From positions 320,001-384,000 of the forward strand of contig CAVTWJ010000023.1 of NCBI GenBank assembly GCA_963738405.1: DNA of 64,000 bases. Direction: 5' to 3'. The first letter of the stretch is position 1; each line of letters starts with the position of its first letter. This document shows, piece by piece, positions 32,495-42,373 of the stretch. The stretch comes from a candidate division FCPU426 bacterium (GTDB taxonomy: Bacteria; Oederibacteriota; Muellerivitia; Muellerivitales; Muellerivitaceae). The position numbers and the translations under genes are program-made. The notes below the pieces were generated by a model, which worked only from the letters and a program-made list of their open reading frames with translations, did not search any database and was not told the DNA's origin.

Positions 32495-34219
32495 TTAGCT
32501 TGGTCCCGACATGAATATTTTGGTATGGGTGTCCTGGCATAGGCTCTTGCCGTTGCCCCGCAGGAATATCCACAGTTCATAATCGCCCCTTTTCACGGAC
32601 CCGTTCAAAATAAGAGCGTAAAAACCTGATAGATCTAAATCTCCATGGTAATGCTGGCTGACGTCATGCCTCTTCTCCGGAAAAGAGTTGAATACATAGG
32701 TCTCCTGTTTTGATCGCAAGACGACGTATTTTTCCACTGACGGGCCATCTTGTGGCGTCATGAAAGACCATCCTTGAACTTCCAAGAAATCCTTCCCGGC
32801 CTTTAACGAACTCAAGGTGAAAAAGCCCCCCCCTTCGTGAGTATCGCCCATCGAAAAGCTTTGGGGCATTGAAAAATAATCCCCCATCCGTTCGTTCTTC
32901 ACCGCTTCGCCAAGGTCATAGATTCCAGCCTGTTTGGCCGTTCCCAAAATGTCCGCCTTATTTTTGGGGTAACCGAACTCCAATTCTTCGTCTTTATTTT
33001 CCCCTAGGGATCTGTTTTGCACATAGAGCATCACCGGAACAAGCAGGCTCCTTATCCTCAAGTTCTGTTGAGGCTCCGCGACCTGGAAAGACATCCCATC
33101 CATTAGGGCAAGCAAAACGACCGTCAAGGTTAAAGCCTTTTTATCTTTTAGTATCCCCAGGTCCAAGAGGGACACGTATACGCAAGCCAATAAAACCGCG
33201 GAATTAACGGCGTAACGACTGGTAAGCACATAGGGGAGGCCGTAACTGAATCGGGTCAGGGCAGCCATGATTCCATCGGAAATCATGAAACACATGAAAT
33301 AGTAAATAATCGGGTTGGTCCGATAGTAACTTCGGGCCGTTAGGAAAAGGAAATAGACGAATAGGACCACTCCTACCACGAGACTCAGCGATATCATCAA
33401 GGATGGTGGAATTCTACCGTCGAAAGGAAGAATGGCGTCGTTGCCCAGGAACGCGAAGGTAAATGCGGCCATTTCCAGTGGGTGAAAAATGGCGGATAGG
33501 GCACTGGGATGAAAGGTAGGTTCCACGTAACCCCGGAAATAAAGCAATTCCGTTCCCAAAAAAGCGAGAGACAAAACCCCCAGGGACACCCTTTTCCCCC
33601 GGAGGCCGAAAATTAAAATCGCAATCGGAAATGCCGCCATCCCTCCTCCTAAGGAGAAGGTCGCTGCCACCGAAAACAAGGCCGTTTGGAAAGATTTGTC
33701 TTTCGCCAAAAAATACATAGCTAAAAGGCCAAAAAGGATTACCCAGAGGGTGGTATAAACGGCCGATACCCAATAGATGTCTTCCCAGTAATCGTAGGCA
33801 AAGAAAATTAATGCCAATGGAACCAAGGCAAATGCCGACGGAAAAGGAAACTTCGACTCAGGCCCGGAGGCCTTCCCGGCTTCGGGCCATACAATAGACT
33901 TGGCAAAAAGAAAGAAAAGACCTAAGTAGCCCAAGTCACCAATAAAGGTCAGCATGGTGAAATCCACTTTTTTGCCCAAAAACCAATCGAGCCATGAAAC
34001 GATCCGGATGAAGACCGGTCGATGTTCGTTTTGCTGGGCGAAAAAAAGGTTCCAATCCAGGCGGGATTTCATGAACCGGTTCAAGAAATCTAGTACCAGG
34101 GCATAATCATCCATGTTAGGAATGTTAGGGGTCCAAAGGAAAACTGTTCGATAAAAATAGGCGATGACCAGAATGATGAAAAGTGAAGAAATACCATTCT
34201 CTATTTTTTCAATTTTCAC
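32495..34219 (-). CDS. Multi-TM membrane protein, probable GT-C-like glycosyltransferase
   Basis: MDDY, QQNEHRP and SRY motifs, about 11 TM segments and a soluble C-terminal domain. Confidence 0.6.
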   Translation of the reverse strand: MKIEKIENGISSLFIILVIAYFYRTVFLWTPNIPNMDDYALVLDFLNRFMKSRLDWNLFFAQQNEHRPVFIRIVSWLDWFLGKKVDFTMLTFIGDLGYLGLFFLFAKSIVWPEAGKASGPESKFPFPSAFALVPLALIFFAYDYWEDIYWVSAVYTTLWVILFGLLAMYFLAKDKSFQTALFSVAATFSLGGGMAAFPIAILIFGLRGKRVSLGVLSLAFLGTELLYFRGYVEPTFHPSALSAIFHPLEMAAFTFAFLGNDAILPFDGRIPPSLMISLSLVVGVVLFVYFLFLTARSYYRTNPIIYYFMCFMISDGIMAALTRFSYGLPYVLTSRYAVNSAVLLACVYVSLLDLGILKDKKALTLTVVLLALMDGMSFQVAEPQQNLRIRSLLVPVMLYVQNRSLGENKDEELEFGYPKNKADILGTAKQAGIYDLGEAVKNERMGDYFSMPQSFSMGDTHEGGGFFTLSSLKAGKDFLEVQGWSFMTPQDGPSVEKYVVLRSKQETYVFNSFPEKRHDVSQHYHGDLDLSGFYALILNGSVKRGDYELWIFLRGNGKSLCQDTHTKIFMSGPS

Positions 34220-34400
34220 CTTGGCACATTCCCAAATGTTTTATTTCGATTTTCATAACACTTTAACTATCACGCCTCATCCATCGAACAACAAACTACG
34301 GGCTCGAGAATCCAATAAAAACTAGAATTGAAGAACATTGGCATCGACGGTTTGAATTTGGATCTACAGATAACAAATTGTTTTGGGTCCAACTGAAGGC

Positions 34401-35444
34401 TTAGTGACTTTCTTCCATTAACCGTTTCACTTCCTCCACTACTTCATCTACCTTGATATCGGCCATGCAAAAATACCCATCCGTCCTGGTGCATTCGTAG
34501 GCCTTGCAGGGGGAACAATCGGGATGGCGGGTTAGGACCTTCACATGGGGCCCCCAGGGCCGCCACACGGCTGATTCGTTGGCGGCCGAGAAGAGGCTCA
34601 CAATCGGAACACCCATAGCGGCCGCCACGTGGGTGGCGCCCGAGTCGCATCCTATAAAAACCTTGCAGTGCTGAACCAGGGCCGCCATTTGGTTTAAATC
34701 CAGCTTGCCCGTCAGGTTGACCACCGGGCATTCCAGGCCGTCCACGACCTCATGGGCGGAAGACTGGTCCTGTTCCCCGCCTAGAACGAGGATGTCTGCC
34801 TGGGTGGCGGCGTGCAGTTCAAAAATCAAAGCCGAAAAGCTTTCTTCCGGCCAGCGTTTGGAAGGCATGGCCGCCCCCAGGTGAATGGCGATTCGTGCGA
34901 TACCCGGCAAAAGTTCCTGGGCAGGCAGGTGGTTTTCGGCGGTCTTTTTGTCCCTTTCGGTTACCCACATCTCCAGACGTCGCTCTTGAAGAGGAACCCC
35001 CATGTGCTGAAGCACCAAAAGATTGCGGTCCACCTGATGCGTATCAGGAGCGGGTTGGGGAACCTTTTCGGTCAGGAACATGCTTTCCATTCCCATTTGA
35101 AAACCCACACGGCGCTTGGCGCCGGATAAGCCGGTCACCAGAACGTCGAAGCGGCTTTGGTAGCGGAAATTTATGATCAAATCGATTTGAAGGTTCCGTA
35201 AGAAGAGGATGAGTTGAAGTGCGGATTTCCAACGGGCCATGGGTTGGGCCCCAGGCTTGAGCCAGAGAGCGTCATAGATGATGACCTCATCAAAATAGGG
35301 GCAGGCTTTGGCCAGAGAGGCCACCTCGGAGGAAACGATGACTGAAATTCGGTCCTTGGAATAGTTTTGGCGGATGGCCCGATAGGAGGGCGTGCCAAGA
35401 ACAAAATCACCAATACGGTCGAGCCTTAATAGGACAATTTCCAT
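34401..35444 (-). CDS. GT9 (heptosyltransferase-like) glycosyltransferase
   Basis: RLDRIGDFVL, KRWP, DSGATHVAAA. Confidence 0.9.
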   Translation of the reverse strand: MEIVLLRLDRIGDFVLGTPSYRAIRQNYSKDRISVIVSSEVASLAKACPYFDEVIIYDALWLKPGAQPMARWKSALQLILFLRNLQIDLIINFRYQSRFDVLVTGLSGAKRRVGFQMGMESMFLTEKVPQPAPDTHQVDRNLLVLQHMGVPLQERRLEMWVTERDKKTAENHLPAQELLPGIARIAIHLGAAMPSKRWPEESFSALIFELHAATQADILVLGGEQDQSSAHEVVDGLECPVVNLTGKLDLNQMAALVQHCKVFIGCDSGATHVAAAMGVPIVSLFSAANESAVWRPWGPHVKVLTRHPDCSPCKAYECTRTDGYFCMADIKVDEVVEEVKRLMEESH

Positions 35445-35486
35445 GATTCGTTATCTTACCAGAAGGTTTTTGATAGAAAGAAAGTT

Positions 35487-38387
35487 CTACTTAAGTACCA
35501 GCACCTTCACTGTTCTATGGATTTTGGAGCCCGAAAGGCCGTCCGTAGCCTCTTCCACCGCCAAATAAAGGCCCGAAGCCACCGATTGGCCGGGCAAATT
35601 GGTTAAATCCCAAGTGGTTTGGCTGTTTTGCCAGGGCAGGGTTTTAACCAGTTCGCCGGTGATCGTAAAGATTCTCAAGGGATCGTCTCCGGGCCCGGCG
35701 GGCGCATTTTGAATTTGGGACCGGAAAGTCACTAAGGTTCCATCCACCGCGATATTGGGCGAGGCCGAAAGCTGAATCGGAGTTTGGTAGTGGGTGGGGT
35801 TGATATAGACATCTTTCGAAACCATCGAGGCGTTGAGCGGAGCAGGGTTTTGGATCACCTCAATCTGGTAGAGGCCATTGGTGACGAGCTTGCCTTGCTG
35901 ATCGTTGGAATCCCAAACCACCACCACCTCTCCATTCACCAAGATGGGGAGCAACCCGCCTGATCCATTGGAAACCGGCTGGTAGGCGCCAAATGACAGT
36001 TCGAGAGACTTGTTCGCAGGGAAGGCACCGGTTCCACACAATTGGCGGACCAATTCCCCACGGTCGTCAAAGATGTTGACGGTTTCCCTGGAACAATCGG
36101 GAAGAGGGGTGGAAGTAACCGCAGGTGAGCCGGTGGGCGTGGGGCTTGGGGTGTTAGTGGGGCTGGGAGTAAGTGTGGGGATTTGAGTAACCGTCGGCGT
36201 GGATGATGGGGTCATCGTCCAAGTGGGTGTGCCTGGAATATTAGTTGAGGTCTGGGTGGGCGTTGGTGTGTTTGTCCCGGACGAGGTGGGTGTTTGCGTT
36301 GCGGTGGATGTGGTCGTATTCGTGTTGGTCGCTGTCGGGGTTGCGCTATTCACAAAAGTGGCCGTCGAGGTAGGCGAAGAGGTGGTGGTGGCCGTGGAAG
36401 TGACAGTCGACGTTTGGGTCGGAGTGGCCGTGAGGGTATCGGTTCCGGTGACCGTAGCGGTTGCGGTTGGAGAAAAGGTCTGTGACGAAGTCATGGTTTG
36501 AGTCGGTGTGAAAGTTTGCGAAAAGGTCGAGGTTGAAGTCGGCGTGAAAGTTAAAGTTTGCGTTTGGGAAGCGGTCGGGGTTTGGGTCGGCGTGAAGGTC
36601 ATGGTCTCCGTGGAAGTAATGGTGAAGGTGTCGATTGGTGTTTGAGTCACAGTGGAAGTCTGGGTTTGAGTGAAAGTTTCAATCGAAGTCGGGGTACGGG
36701 TAGGTGTTTGGGTTTGGGTGAAAGTCAGCGTGGAAGTGGAGGTGAATGTTGGGGTTGGGGTTTGCGTTTGCGTAAAGGTTGTTGTTTCGGTGGGGCTATC
36801 GGTTTGCGTATCCGTGAGCGTCTGAGTCTGGGTAAAGGTCGCAGTCGATGAAGGCGAAGAGGTGGGGGAAACCGTAGGCGTCGTCGAATCCGTTGATGTT
36901 TCCGTAAAGGTTGTAGTTACAGTAGGCGTATCGGTAGGTGTTGGAGTTGCGGTCAAGGTCGAGGTTTGCGTGGCGGTGGGTGTTTGGGTTGGGCTGAAAG
37001 TAGGCGTCTGCGTTTGGGTAAAAGTGAGCGTAGAGGTCGTTGTGGATGTTTGGGTAGGGGTTTGAGTAAAAGTTAATGTGGCCGTAGGTGTTTGGGTCTG
37101 GGTAAAAGTTTGTGTAATAGTCGCAGTGGCGGTTGGGGTGAAGGTTAGGGTTTGGGTCTGCGTAATGGTTGGGGAGAAAGTCCAAGTGGGGGTGGAGGTC
37201 GCCGCCGTTGTATAGGCAGGCGTGGGTGAAAGAGTGGGAGTGTGAGAAGGGGTCAGCGAGGGAGTAACCGTTAGAGTGTTGGTACTGGTCGGTGTGGGAC
37301 TGCAGGCCGCGAGGATCACGGAAACCGCGTTGGAGATAACGCTGTTTAAGGGCGTGCCGCCGTCCAACTCGCCTGTATTAACCAGCGTCAAACCGCAATT
37401 GTTGATGGTGCCCACCACCGTCATGGCGCCTGCGGCCCCGGAGGCCAGGTTGCCCAGCGGCCAAACGACCTGTTGGCCCGTCACCGTGGGCGCCCCGCTG
37501 GCGGAAGCATAGGCCAGCCCGGCAGGCAGGGTATCCGTAAGGGTGACGTTATAGGCCTGGGGATATTTCACAATATAAACATTGTCAAAATCGATCGTAC
37601 TGCCGTTGTTGGATTGAAGCCCTCCCTGCCCGGTCGTAATCACAAAAGGTGTCGTTCCCGAAACGGCCAGGGTTCCGTTGATCCACAATTTCATGGTTAC
37701 CGAGACGGGGTTGGTGCTGGTGGTGGTCACCTCGAACTTCGCGGTGAACCAACTACTGGCGGTAATGACGGCGCTTCCGGTCGCCACCGTAGTAAAAGTG
37801 GAGGTGGTGTTATTCCAATAATTCACCGACACATTATTGGTGGTGCCGGTTCCGATCAGGGCCTGGTAGTTGGAGCCGTTCACCACACCGGTGCCGTTGA
37901 AACGGAAAAGAAGAACCCCCTGGGTTCCGCCCGTGATGTCCATGTCGGTTTGGAGAAAGCCGTCCCCCACCTGGGTCCCGCAATTGTTAAGGAGATGGGG
38001 GAAATTTCCAGCTGCGGAGATGCCTTGAAGGGCCTGGGTTCCCGCAGCGGTGGGGCCGTTGCCCGTCACCACGCTCCAGGTCCCGCCCGAACTGACCCAG
38101 CCGGAAGGAAAGGCCCCCAGGGTGTCCGCCTCAAAGGTATCCGAACAGGTCACGCTGGAACTGGTGTTGGTATAGGAAAGAACATAGGTCACGGGGTTTC
38201 CGGGGGACACACTGCCAACGAGGGACGACTTGGTGAGGGAGATTTGGGCACAAAGGATTACCGGGCACAAAAAAGAAACCCATAAAGCTAGGACCATCAC
38301 CCGGTTTAAGCGGACGGCTCTCATGTGTAGGAATTGGAAGGGCATTTGTAAATAAACCAGCAAGGGTCTCTTCAAAGACCCCCTCAT
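35487..38387 (-). CDS. Secreted Thr/Pro-rich surface protein: DUF11-like and lectin-like domains, long Thr-rich stalk, two C-terminal FlgD-Ig/sorting-like domains
   Basis: Signal peptide; TLTDTLPAGL; T-x-T repeats; IFDDRGELVRQL, IFTITGELVKTL and ASGLY motifs. True start is probably downstream of 38387. Confidence 0.75.
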   Translation of the reverse strand: MRGSLKRPLLVYLQMPFQFLHMRAVRLNRVMVLALWVSFLCPVILCAQISLTKSSLVGSVSPGNPVTYVLSYTNTSSSVTCSDTFEADTLGAFPSGWVSSGGTWSVVTGNGPTAAGTQALQGISAAGNFPHLLNNCGTQVGDGFLQTDMDITGGTQGVLLFRFNGTGVVNGSNYQALIGTGTTNNVSVNYWNNTTSTFTTVATGSAVITASSWFTAKFEVTTTSTNPVSVTMKLWINGTLAVSGTTPFVITTGQGGLQSNNGSTIDFDNVYIVKYPQAYNVTLTDTLPAGLAYASASGAPTVTGQQVVWPLGNLASGAAGAMTVVGTINNCGLTLVNTGELDGGTPLNSVISNAVSVILAACSPTPTSTNTLTVTPSLTPSHTPTLSPTPAYTTAATSTPTWTFSPTITQTQTLTFTPTATATITQTFTQTQTPTATLTFTQTPTQTSTTTSTLTFTQTQTPTFSPTQTPTATQTSTLTATPTPTDTPTVTTTFTETSTDSTTPTVSPTSSPSSTATFTQTQTLTDTQTDSPTETTTFTQTQTPTPTFTSTSTLTFTQTQTPTRTPTSIETFTQTQTSTVTQTPIDTFTITSTETMTFTPTQTPTASQTQTLTFTPTSTSTFSQTFTPTQTMTSSQTFSPTATATVTGTDTLTATPTQTSTVTSTATTTSSPTSTATFVNSATPTATNTNTTTSTATQTPTSSGTNTPTPTQTSTNIPGTPTWTMTPSSTPTVTQIPTLTPSPTNTPSPTPTGSPAVTSTPLPDCSRETVNIFDDRGELVRQLCGTGAFPANKSLELSFGAYQPVSNGSGGLLPILVNGEVVVVWDSNDQQGKLVTNGLYQIEVIQNPAPLNASMVSKDVYINPTHYQTPIQLSASPNIAVDGTLVTFRSQIQNAPAGPGDDPLRIFTITGELVKTLPWQNSQTTWDLTNLPGQSVASGLYLAVEEATDGLSGSKIHRTVKVLVLK
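36110..37300 (-). repeat. Low-complexity coding repeat (TPT/TFT/TQT)
   Basis: About 400 aa with Thr at nearly every second residue; synonymous codons vary. Confidence 0.9.
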
Positions 38388-38531
38388 CGCTCCGATCCAA
38401 ATTCTCCTTTCGGTTCAAAATAAATAGAGTGGCGAAATTATACCCTTTATTGGATATCAAATTAAAAGGTGGGGCTGTTATGTGCTGGAGAACACAATAT
38501 ATGGTGGGCTAGAAGGCGCTTACGGCCATAA

Positions 38532-38571
38532 AGGGCTCTTGGTCTTTTCAAACTTGAAAACCAAGGGCCCC
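38532..38571 (-). terminator. Hairpin downstream of lemA, possible terminator
   Basis: GGGCTCTTGGTCTTTTCAA pairs with TTGAAAACCAAGGGCCC. Confidence 0.55.
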
Positions 38572-38584
38572 CGGGAAAAACTGG

Positions 38585-39154
38585 TCAGAATTTAACTTGG
38601 GGAACTTCCTTTTCGGCTTCTGCGGTCTTCAAGAACTCACGGGACGTGAACCCGAAAGGACCCGCCACCAGGTTGGAGGGAAACTGTTGGATCAAGGCGT
38701 TGAAATTTGCCACCGCGTCGTTGTAACGGCCGCGCACGACGGCGATTTGGTTTTCGGTTGAAGAAAGCTCCTGCTGGAGGTTCATGGCGTTCTCGTTGGA
38801 TTTCAGGGCGGGATAATTTTCCCAAACGGCCATCAGGCGGCCGAGCCCCGATGTGAGGTCATTTTCCGCCTTGAGGCGGTCTGCCATGTTGGAAGCCCCC
38901 ATGGCGCCGGCCCGGGCCTGTACGATCTGGGTGAGGGTGTTTTTCTCGAAATCCATGATGCCCTTCACCGTTTCCACCAGATTGGGAATCAGGTCGTGCC
39001 GTCTTTTAAGTTGGACGTCGATCTGGGCCCAGGAATTGTCCACTTCCACCCGGGACCGAACCATCGTGTTATAGAGGGAAACGAGATAAAGGGTGAACCC
39101 GCCCAGAACCACAATCAACCCGACCAATAAAATCAAAGCCAGCGAGGCGATCAT
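38585..39154 (-). CDS. lemA: LemA family protein
   Basis: IDVQLKRRHDLIPNLVETVK, ENYPALKSN, TENQIA, FPSNLVA; GGAGG RBS before ATG 39154. Confidence 0.93.
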   Translation of the reverse strand: MIASLALILLVGLIVVLGGFTLYLVSLYNTMVRSRVEVDNSWAQIDVQLKRRHDLIPNLVETVKGIMDFEKNTLTQIVQARAGAMGASNMADRLKAENDLTSGLGRLMAVWENYPALKSNENAMNLQQELSSTENQIAVVRGRYNDAVANFNALIQQFPSNLVAGPFGFTSREFLKTAEAEKEVPQVKF

Positions 39155-39372
39155 AAAATCCTCCCGAATCCGGATGACGTCTGGAACAAGTACAAGTATA
39201 GGATCGCCGGGGGTGTTGGGACAGCCGGTATTTATCGGGAGATTCAAGGTTTACGGCCCTGTTACCCAATCCCCTTTATTCTTGACATGGTTAATGGCCT
39301 TGGTTACTCTTTGGCCCTTAAATTCAACGCCCTGCCGCCCGCCGAACTAATGACCAGCCTTGGAGGAACCCG

Positions 39373-39861
39373 ATGGCCTCTAAAAAGAAAAAAGACAAAC
39401 ACAAAAAAGCCCCCAAAAAATCCGCCGCCAAGAAACCCAAGCCTAAGGCCGTGAAGGCCTCCAAAAAAGTCGTGGTGAAGGCCGTGCCCGTCCGGAAGAA
39501 AATCCGGATCAGCCCGGTTTTCCAGCCCCTGCTCAAGAAACTTCAGGAACGTCGCAACGAAATCACCGGCCAGGTCAACCACCTGGAAATGGACCTGCGC
39601 GAGGAAATCGCCGACAACCAAAACATGCCGGGCGACATGGCTGATCATGGATCGGGCGAGTTGAACCAGCACCTCTCGGTCACCTTGATGGAAAACGACC
39701 GTATTGAGCTAGAGCGCATCGAAAAGGCCATCCACCACATGCAGGAAGGCATCTACGGCAAATGTGAAGTCTGCGAAAAGGTGATCCCCATGCCCCGCTT
39801 GAAGGCCATTCCCTGGGCCACCCGGTGCATCAATTGCCAAAGCCGTTTCGAGGGCGCCTAA
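39373..39861 (+). CDS. TraR/DksA C4 zinc-finger protein with a Lys-rich N-terminus
   Basis: GDMAD, YGKCEVC...RLKAIPWATRCINCQ. Confidence 0.88.
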   Translation: MASKKKKDKHKKAPKKSAAKKPKPKAVKASKKVVVKAVPVRKKIRISPVFQPLLKKLQERRNEITGQVNHLEMDLREEIADNQNMPGDMADHGSGELNQHLSVTLMENDRIELERIEKAIHHMQEGIYGKCEVCEKVIPMPRLKAIPWATRCINCQSRFEGA

Positions 39862-39973
39862 ATCCGCTTTCGTTTTAAAAAAAGTTTTTTCCCGCTAAAA
39901 TCCCTTTTTATTCCCCTCACCTTGCCTAAGGGGCGTCATTGACGCCCCCCATTCAGGCCGATAGCATGGATTC

Positions 39974-41179
39974 ATGAGATCGCGCCTCCTCCTGATGATT
40001 TTCTTGATGGCCCCCTCTTTATTTTTTTCTTTTTTCTCTCCCGGCCCCCTTTGGGCCAAGCGACATTCGGGAAAAACCAGCCTGACCCCCACGCTGGTGG
40101 ATTCACCCACAATTACCTGCACCCCCTCCGCCACCCCCGTTCCACTGCCCTCCTCCTGGACCGGCAAAAAGCTCTACACCTTTGACGCCCTGTGGGGTTC
40201 CAAGGGCACGGGCTTGGGCGAACTGAACGCGCCGGAAGGAATCGCCATGGGACCTTCGGACAACCTTTACATCTGCGATACCGCCAACAACCGCATGGTC
40301 ATTTGGAACAGCGATGGAATTCCCCAGCGCGCGGTGGGGTCCTTCGGCACCTCGGCGACCTGGCGCAACGCCCCCGAATTCAACCACCCTGCGGGCATCC
40401 TGGTTCTTCCCAACGGCCAATATTACGTGGCCGACACCCTCAACCACCGCATCGTGGTGGTGGACGGCAACGACCAGGTTTTGTCCAGCTGGGGAAGCCA
40501 GGGAAACGCCAACGGGCAGTTCGATCAGCCCCGGGACATCGAAAGGGATCATTTCGGAAATATTTGGGTCTTGGATTCGGGGAACTCCCGCTTCGAGAAT
40601 TTCAGCAACGCGGGCGTTTTTAATTTTGCCTGGGCCTCCTACGGCACCCAGAACGGCCAATTGAACCTTCCCCTGGCCTTCGCTTTAAACAACATCGACC
40701 AGGCCATCGTGGCCGATACAGGCAATTTCCGCATCCAGGTCTTCAACGATCAATCCGCCGCGGCCACCAACCTGGCCCCTGTGACTGTGGAAGGCTGGTT
40801 CGGCGACGGTCCCTTCCAGTTCAAGGAGCCCGCGGGGGTTTGCATCAACAAGGAAGGCAAGATCGCCGTGGTGGACGGGCTGACGGGGAGGGTGGAGTTT
40901 TTCAACAACCGGTTTGAATTTCTGGGCGAATGGCGGGCCAAGGACGATATCTTAACCCCCGGTTATGCTCCCCGTTACCGTGGCATCGCCTGCGACTCGC
41001 AGGACCGCCTCTATATTACCGATATGCAGGGAAACAGCGTGGTGCGTTTGAAACCCATCAAAGCTCCCTCCGTGGAAAGCCTGACCCCCACCCCCTCGCA
41101 CAGCGAACAGGACCTGGTCACTCCCACACCGACCCCGGATGATTCCCAACCCTACGGCGGGGGCTATCCCATCCGTTAA
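39974..41179 (+). CDS. Exported NHL-repeat beta-propeller protein
   Basis: Repeated F/LxxPxG/D...ADTxNxR units; TPT-rich ends. Confidence 0.85.
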   Translation: MRSRLLLMIFLMAPSLFFSFFSPGPLWAKRHSGKTSLTPTLVDSPTITCTPSATPVPLPSSWTGKKLYTFDALWGSKGTGLGELNAPEGIAMGPSDNLYICDTANNRMVIWNSDGIPQRAVGSFGTSATWRNAPEFNHPAGILVLPNGQYYVADTLNHRIVVVDGNDQVLSSWGSQGNANGQFDQPRDIERDHFGNIWVLDSGNSRFENFSNAGVFNFAWASYGTQNGQLNLPLAFALNNIDQAIVADTGNFRIQVFNDQSAAATNLAPVTVEGWFGDGPFQFKEPAGVCINKEGKIAVVDGLTGRVEFFNNRFEFLGEWRAKDDILTPGYAPRYRGIACDSQDRLYITDMQGNSVVRLKPIKAPSVESLTPTPSHSEQDLVTPTPTPDDSQPYGGGYPIR

Positions 41180-41269
41180 GTTTCCGGACCTTTTTCAAGT
41201 GGAGGGCCCTCCTCCCCTGTGTTAAACTCCCTCTCCGTTGGTCCAAATCCACTCTGAAAAAATAAGGGC

Positions 41270-42253
41270 ATGAACAAAACCATTTCCATCGTCACCGGCG
41301 GGGCCGGGTTTGTCGGGTCCCACCTTTGCGACTTCCTCATCGCCCAGGGCCACCACGTGGTTTGCGTGGACAACCTGATTACCGGCAAGATGGAAAACAT
41401 CGCCCACCTGAAGCGCCATCCGCAGTTCCGCTTCGTCAAGCGCGACGTCATCAAGCGTCTTCCACGTTTCCTCAGCAACATCACCCGGGGCTTTCCTCGG
41501 TTCTTCCCTAAGGCCGACTACGTGTTCCACCTGGCCTCCCCCGCTTCCCCGGTGGGCTACATGAAAAACTCCATCCAGACCATCCTGGTTAATTCCATGG
41601 GCAGCCTCCAGCTTCTGGAATACTGCCGCAAGCGAAAGACCAAGTTCTTGTTCGCCTCTACTTCGGAAGTTTACGGAAACCCCAGCGTCCATCCCCAGGT
41701 GGAAACCTACTGGGGCAACGTCAATTCTTTCGGCCCGCGTTCCTGCTACGACGAAAGCAAGCGCCTCGGCGAGGCCATCATTTATGAGTACATCCACAAG
41801 TTCGACGTAGACGCCCGCATCATCCGCATCTTCAACACCTACGGCCCCCGGCTGAACGAAAACGACGGGCGGGTGGTTTCCAACATGATCACCCAGGCCC
41901 TGGCCGGGGAGTCCTTGACCCTCTATGGGGATGGGTCCCAAACCCGCAGTTTCTGCTACGTCTCCGATTTGGTGCGGGGCATTTGGGCCGCAATTTCCAC
42001 GCCCGGAACCAAGGGTGAAATTTTCAATCTAGGAAATCCCCAAGAAACCAGCATTAAGGAATTCGCCCATACGGTCCTTGGCCTTTGCGGGTCCAAGGGG
42101 GCGAAATTGGTGCAAAAACCCCTGCCCCAGGACGACCCTATTCGGCGTAAACCCAATATCGCCAAAGCCTTAAAGACACTTAAATGGAAACCCGTGGTTT
42201 CCTTAAAAGAAGGCCTGGGTTACACCATTGATTATTACCGCGGTAGAATATAG
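41270..42253 (+). CDS. UDP-glucuronate decarboxylase-like SDR epimerase/dehydratase
   Basis: TGGAGFVG, HLASPASP, STSEVYG, YDESK, RIFNTYGP, QTRSFCYVSD. Confidence 0.9.
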   Translation: MNKTISIVTGGAGFVGSHLCDFLIAQGHHVVCVDNLITGKMENIAHLKRHPQFRFVKRDVIKRLPRFLSNITRGFPRFFPKADYVFHLASPASPVGYMKNSIQTILVNSMGSLQLLEYCRKRKTKFLFASTSEVYGNPSVHPQVETYWGNVNSFGPRSCYDESKRLGEAIIYEYIHKFDVDARIIRIFNTYGPRLNENDGRVVSNMITQALAGESLTLYGDGSQTRSFCYVSDLVRGIWAAISTPGTKGEIFNLGNPQETSIKEFAHTVLGLCGSKGAKLVQKPLPQDDPIRRKPNIAKALKTLKWKPVVSLKEGLGYTIDYYRGRI

Positions 42254-42373
42254 TCTTAGCAGGCTTCACCCATTGAAAAATGTAATAACAGAAGCGCGCT
42301 AACCCCAATATCGGTTTTTGATCTTGGGGTAAAACAATAGACCAAATAGGCCAATTCCCAACCTGAGGTTTAC

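Noticed and set aside
36110..37300. Thr-rich region as a DNA-level tandem repeat or diversity-generating element
   Set aside because: Synonymous codons vary, so the repetition is at protein level; no reverse transcriptase or template repeat is seen.
38492..38506. ACACAATATATGGTG resembling an NrdR box
   Set aside because: Single copy with no tandem partner and no nucleotide-reduction gene nearby.
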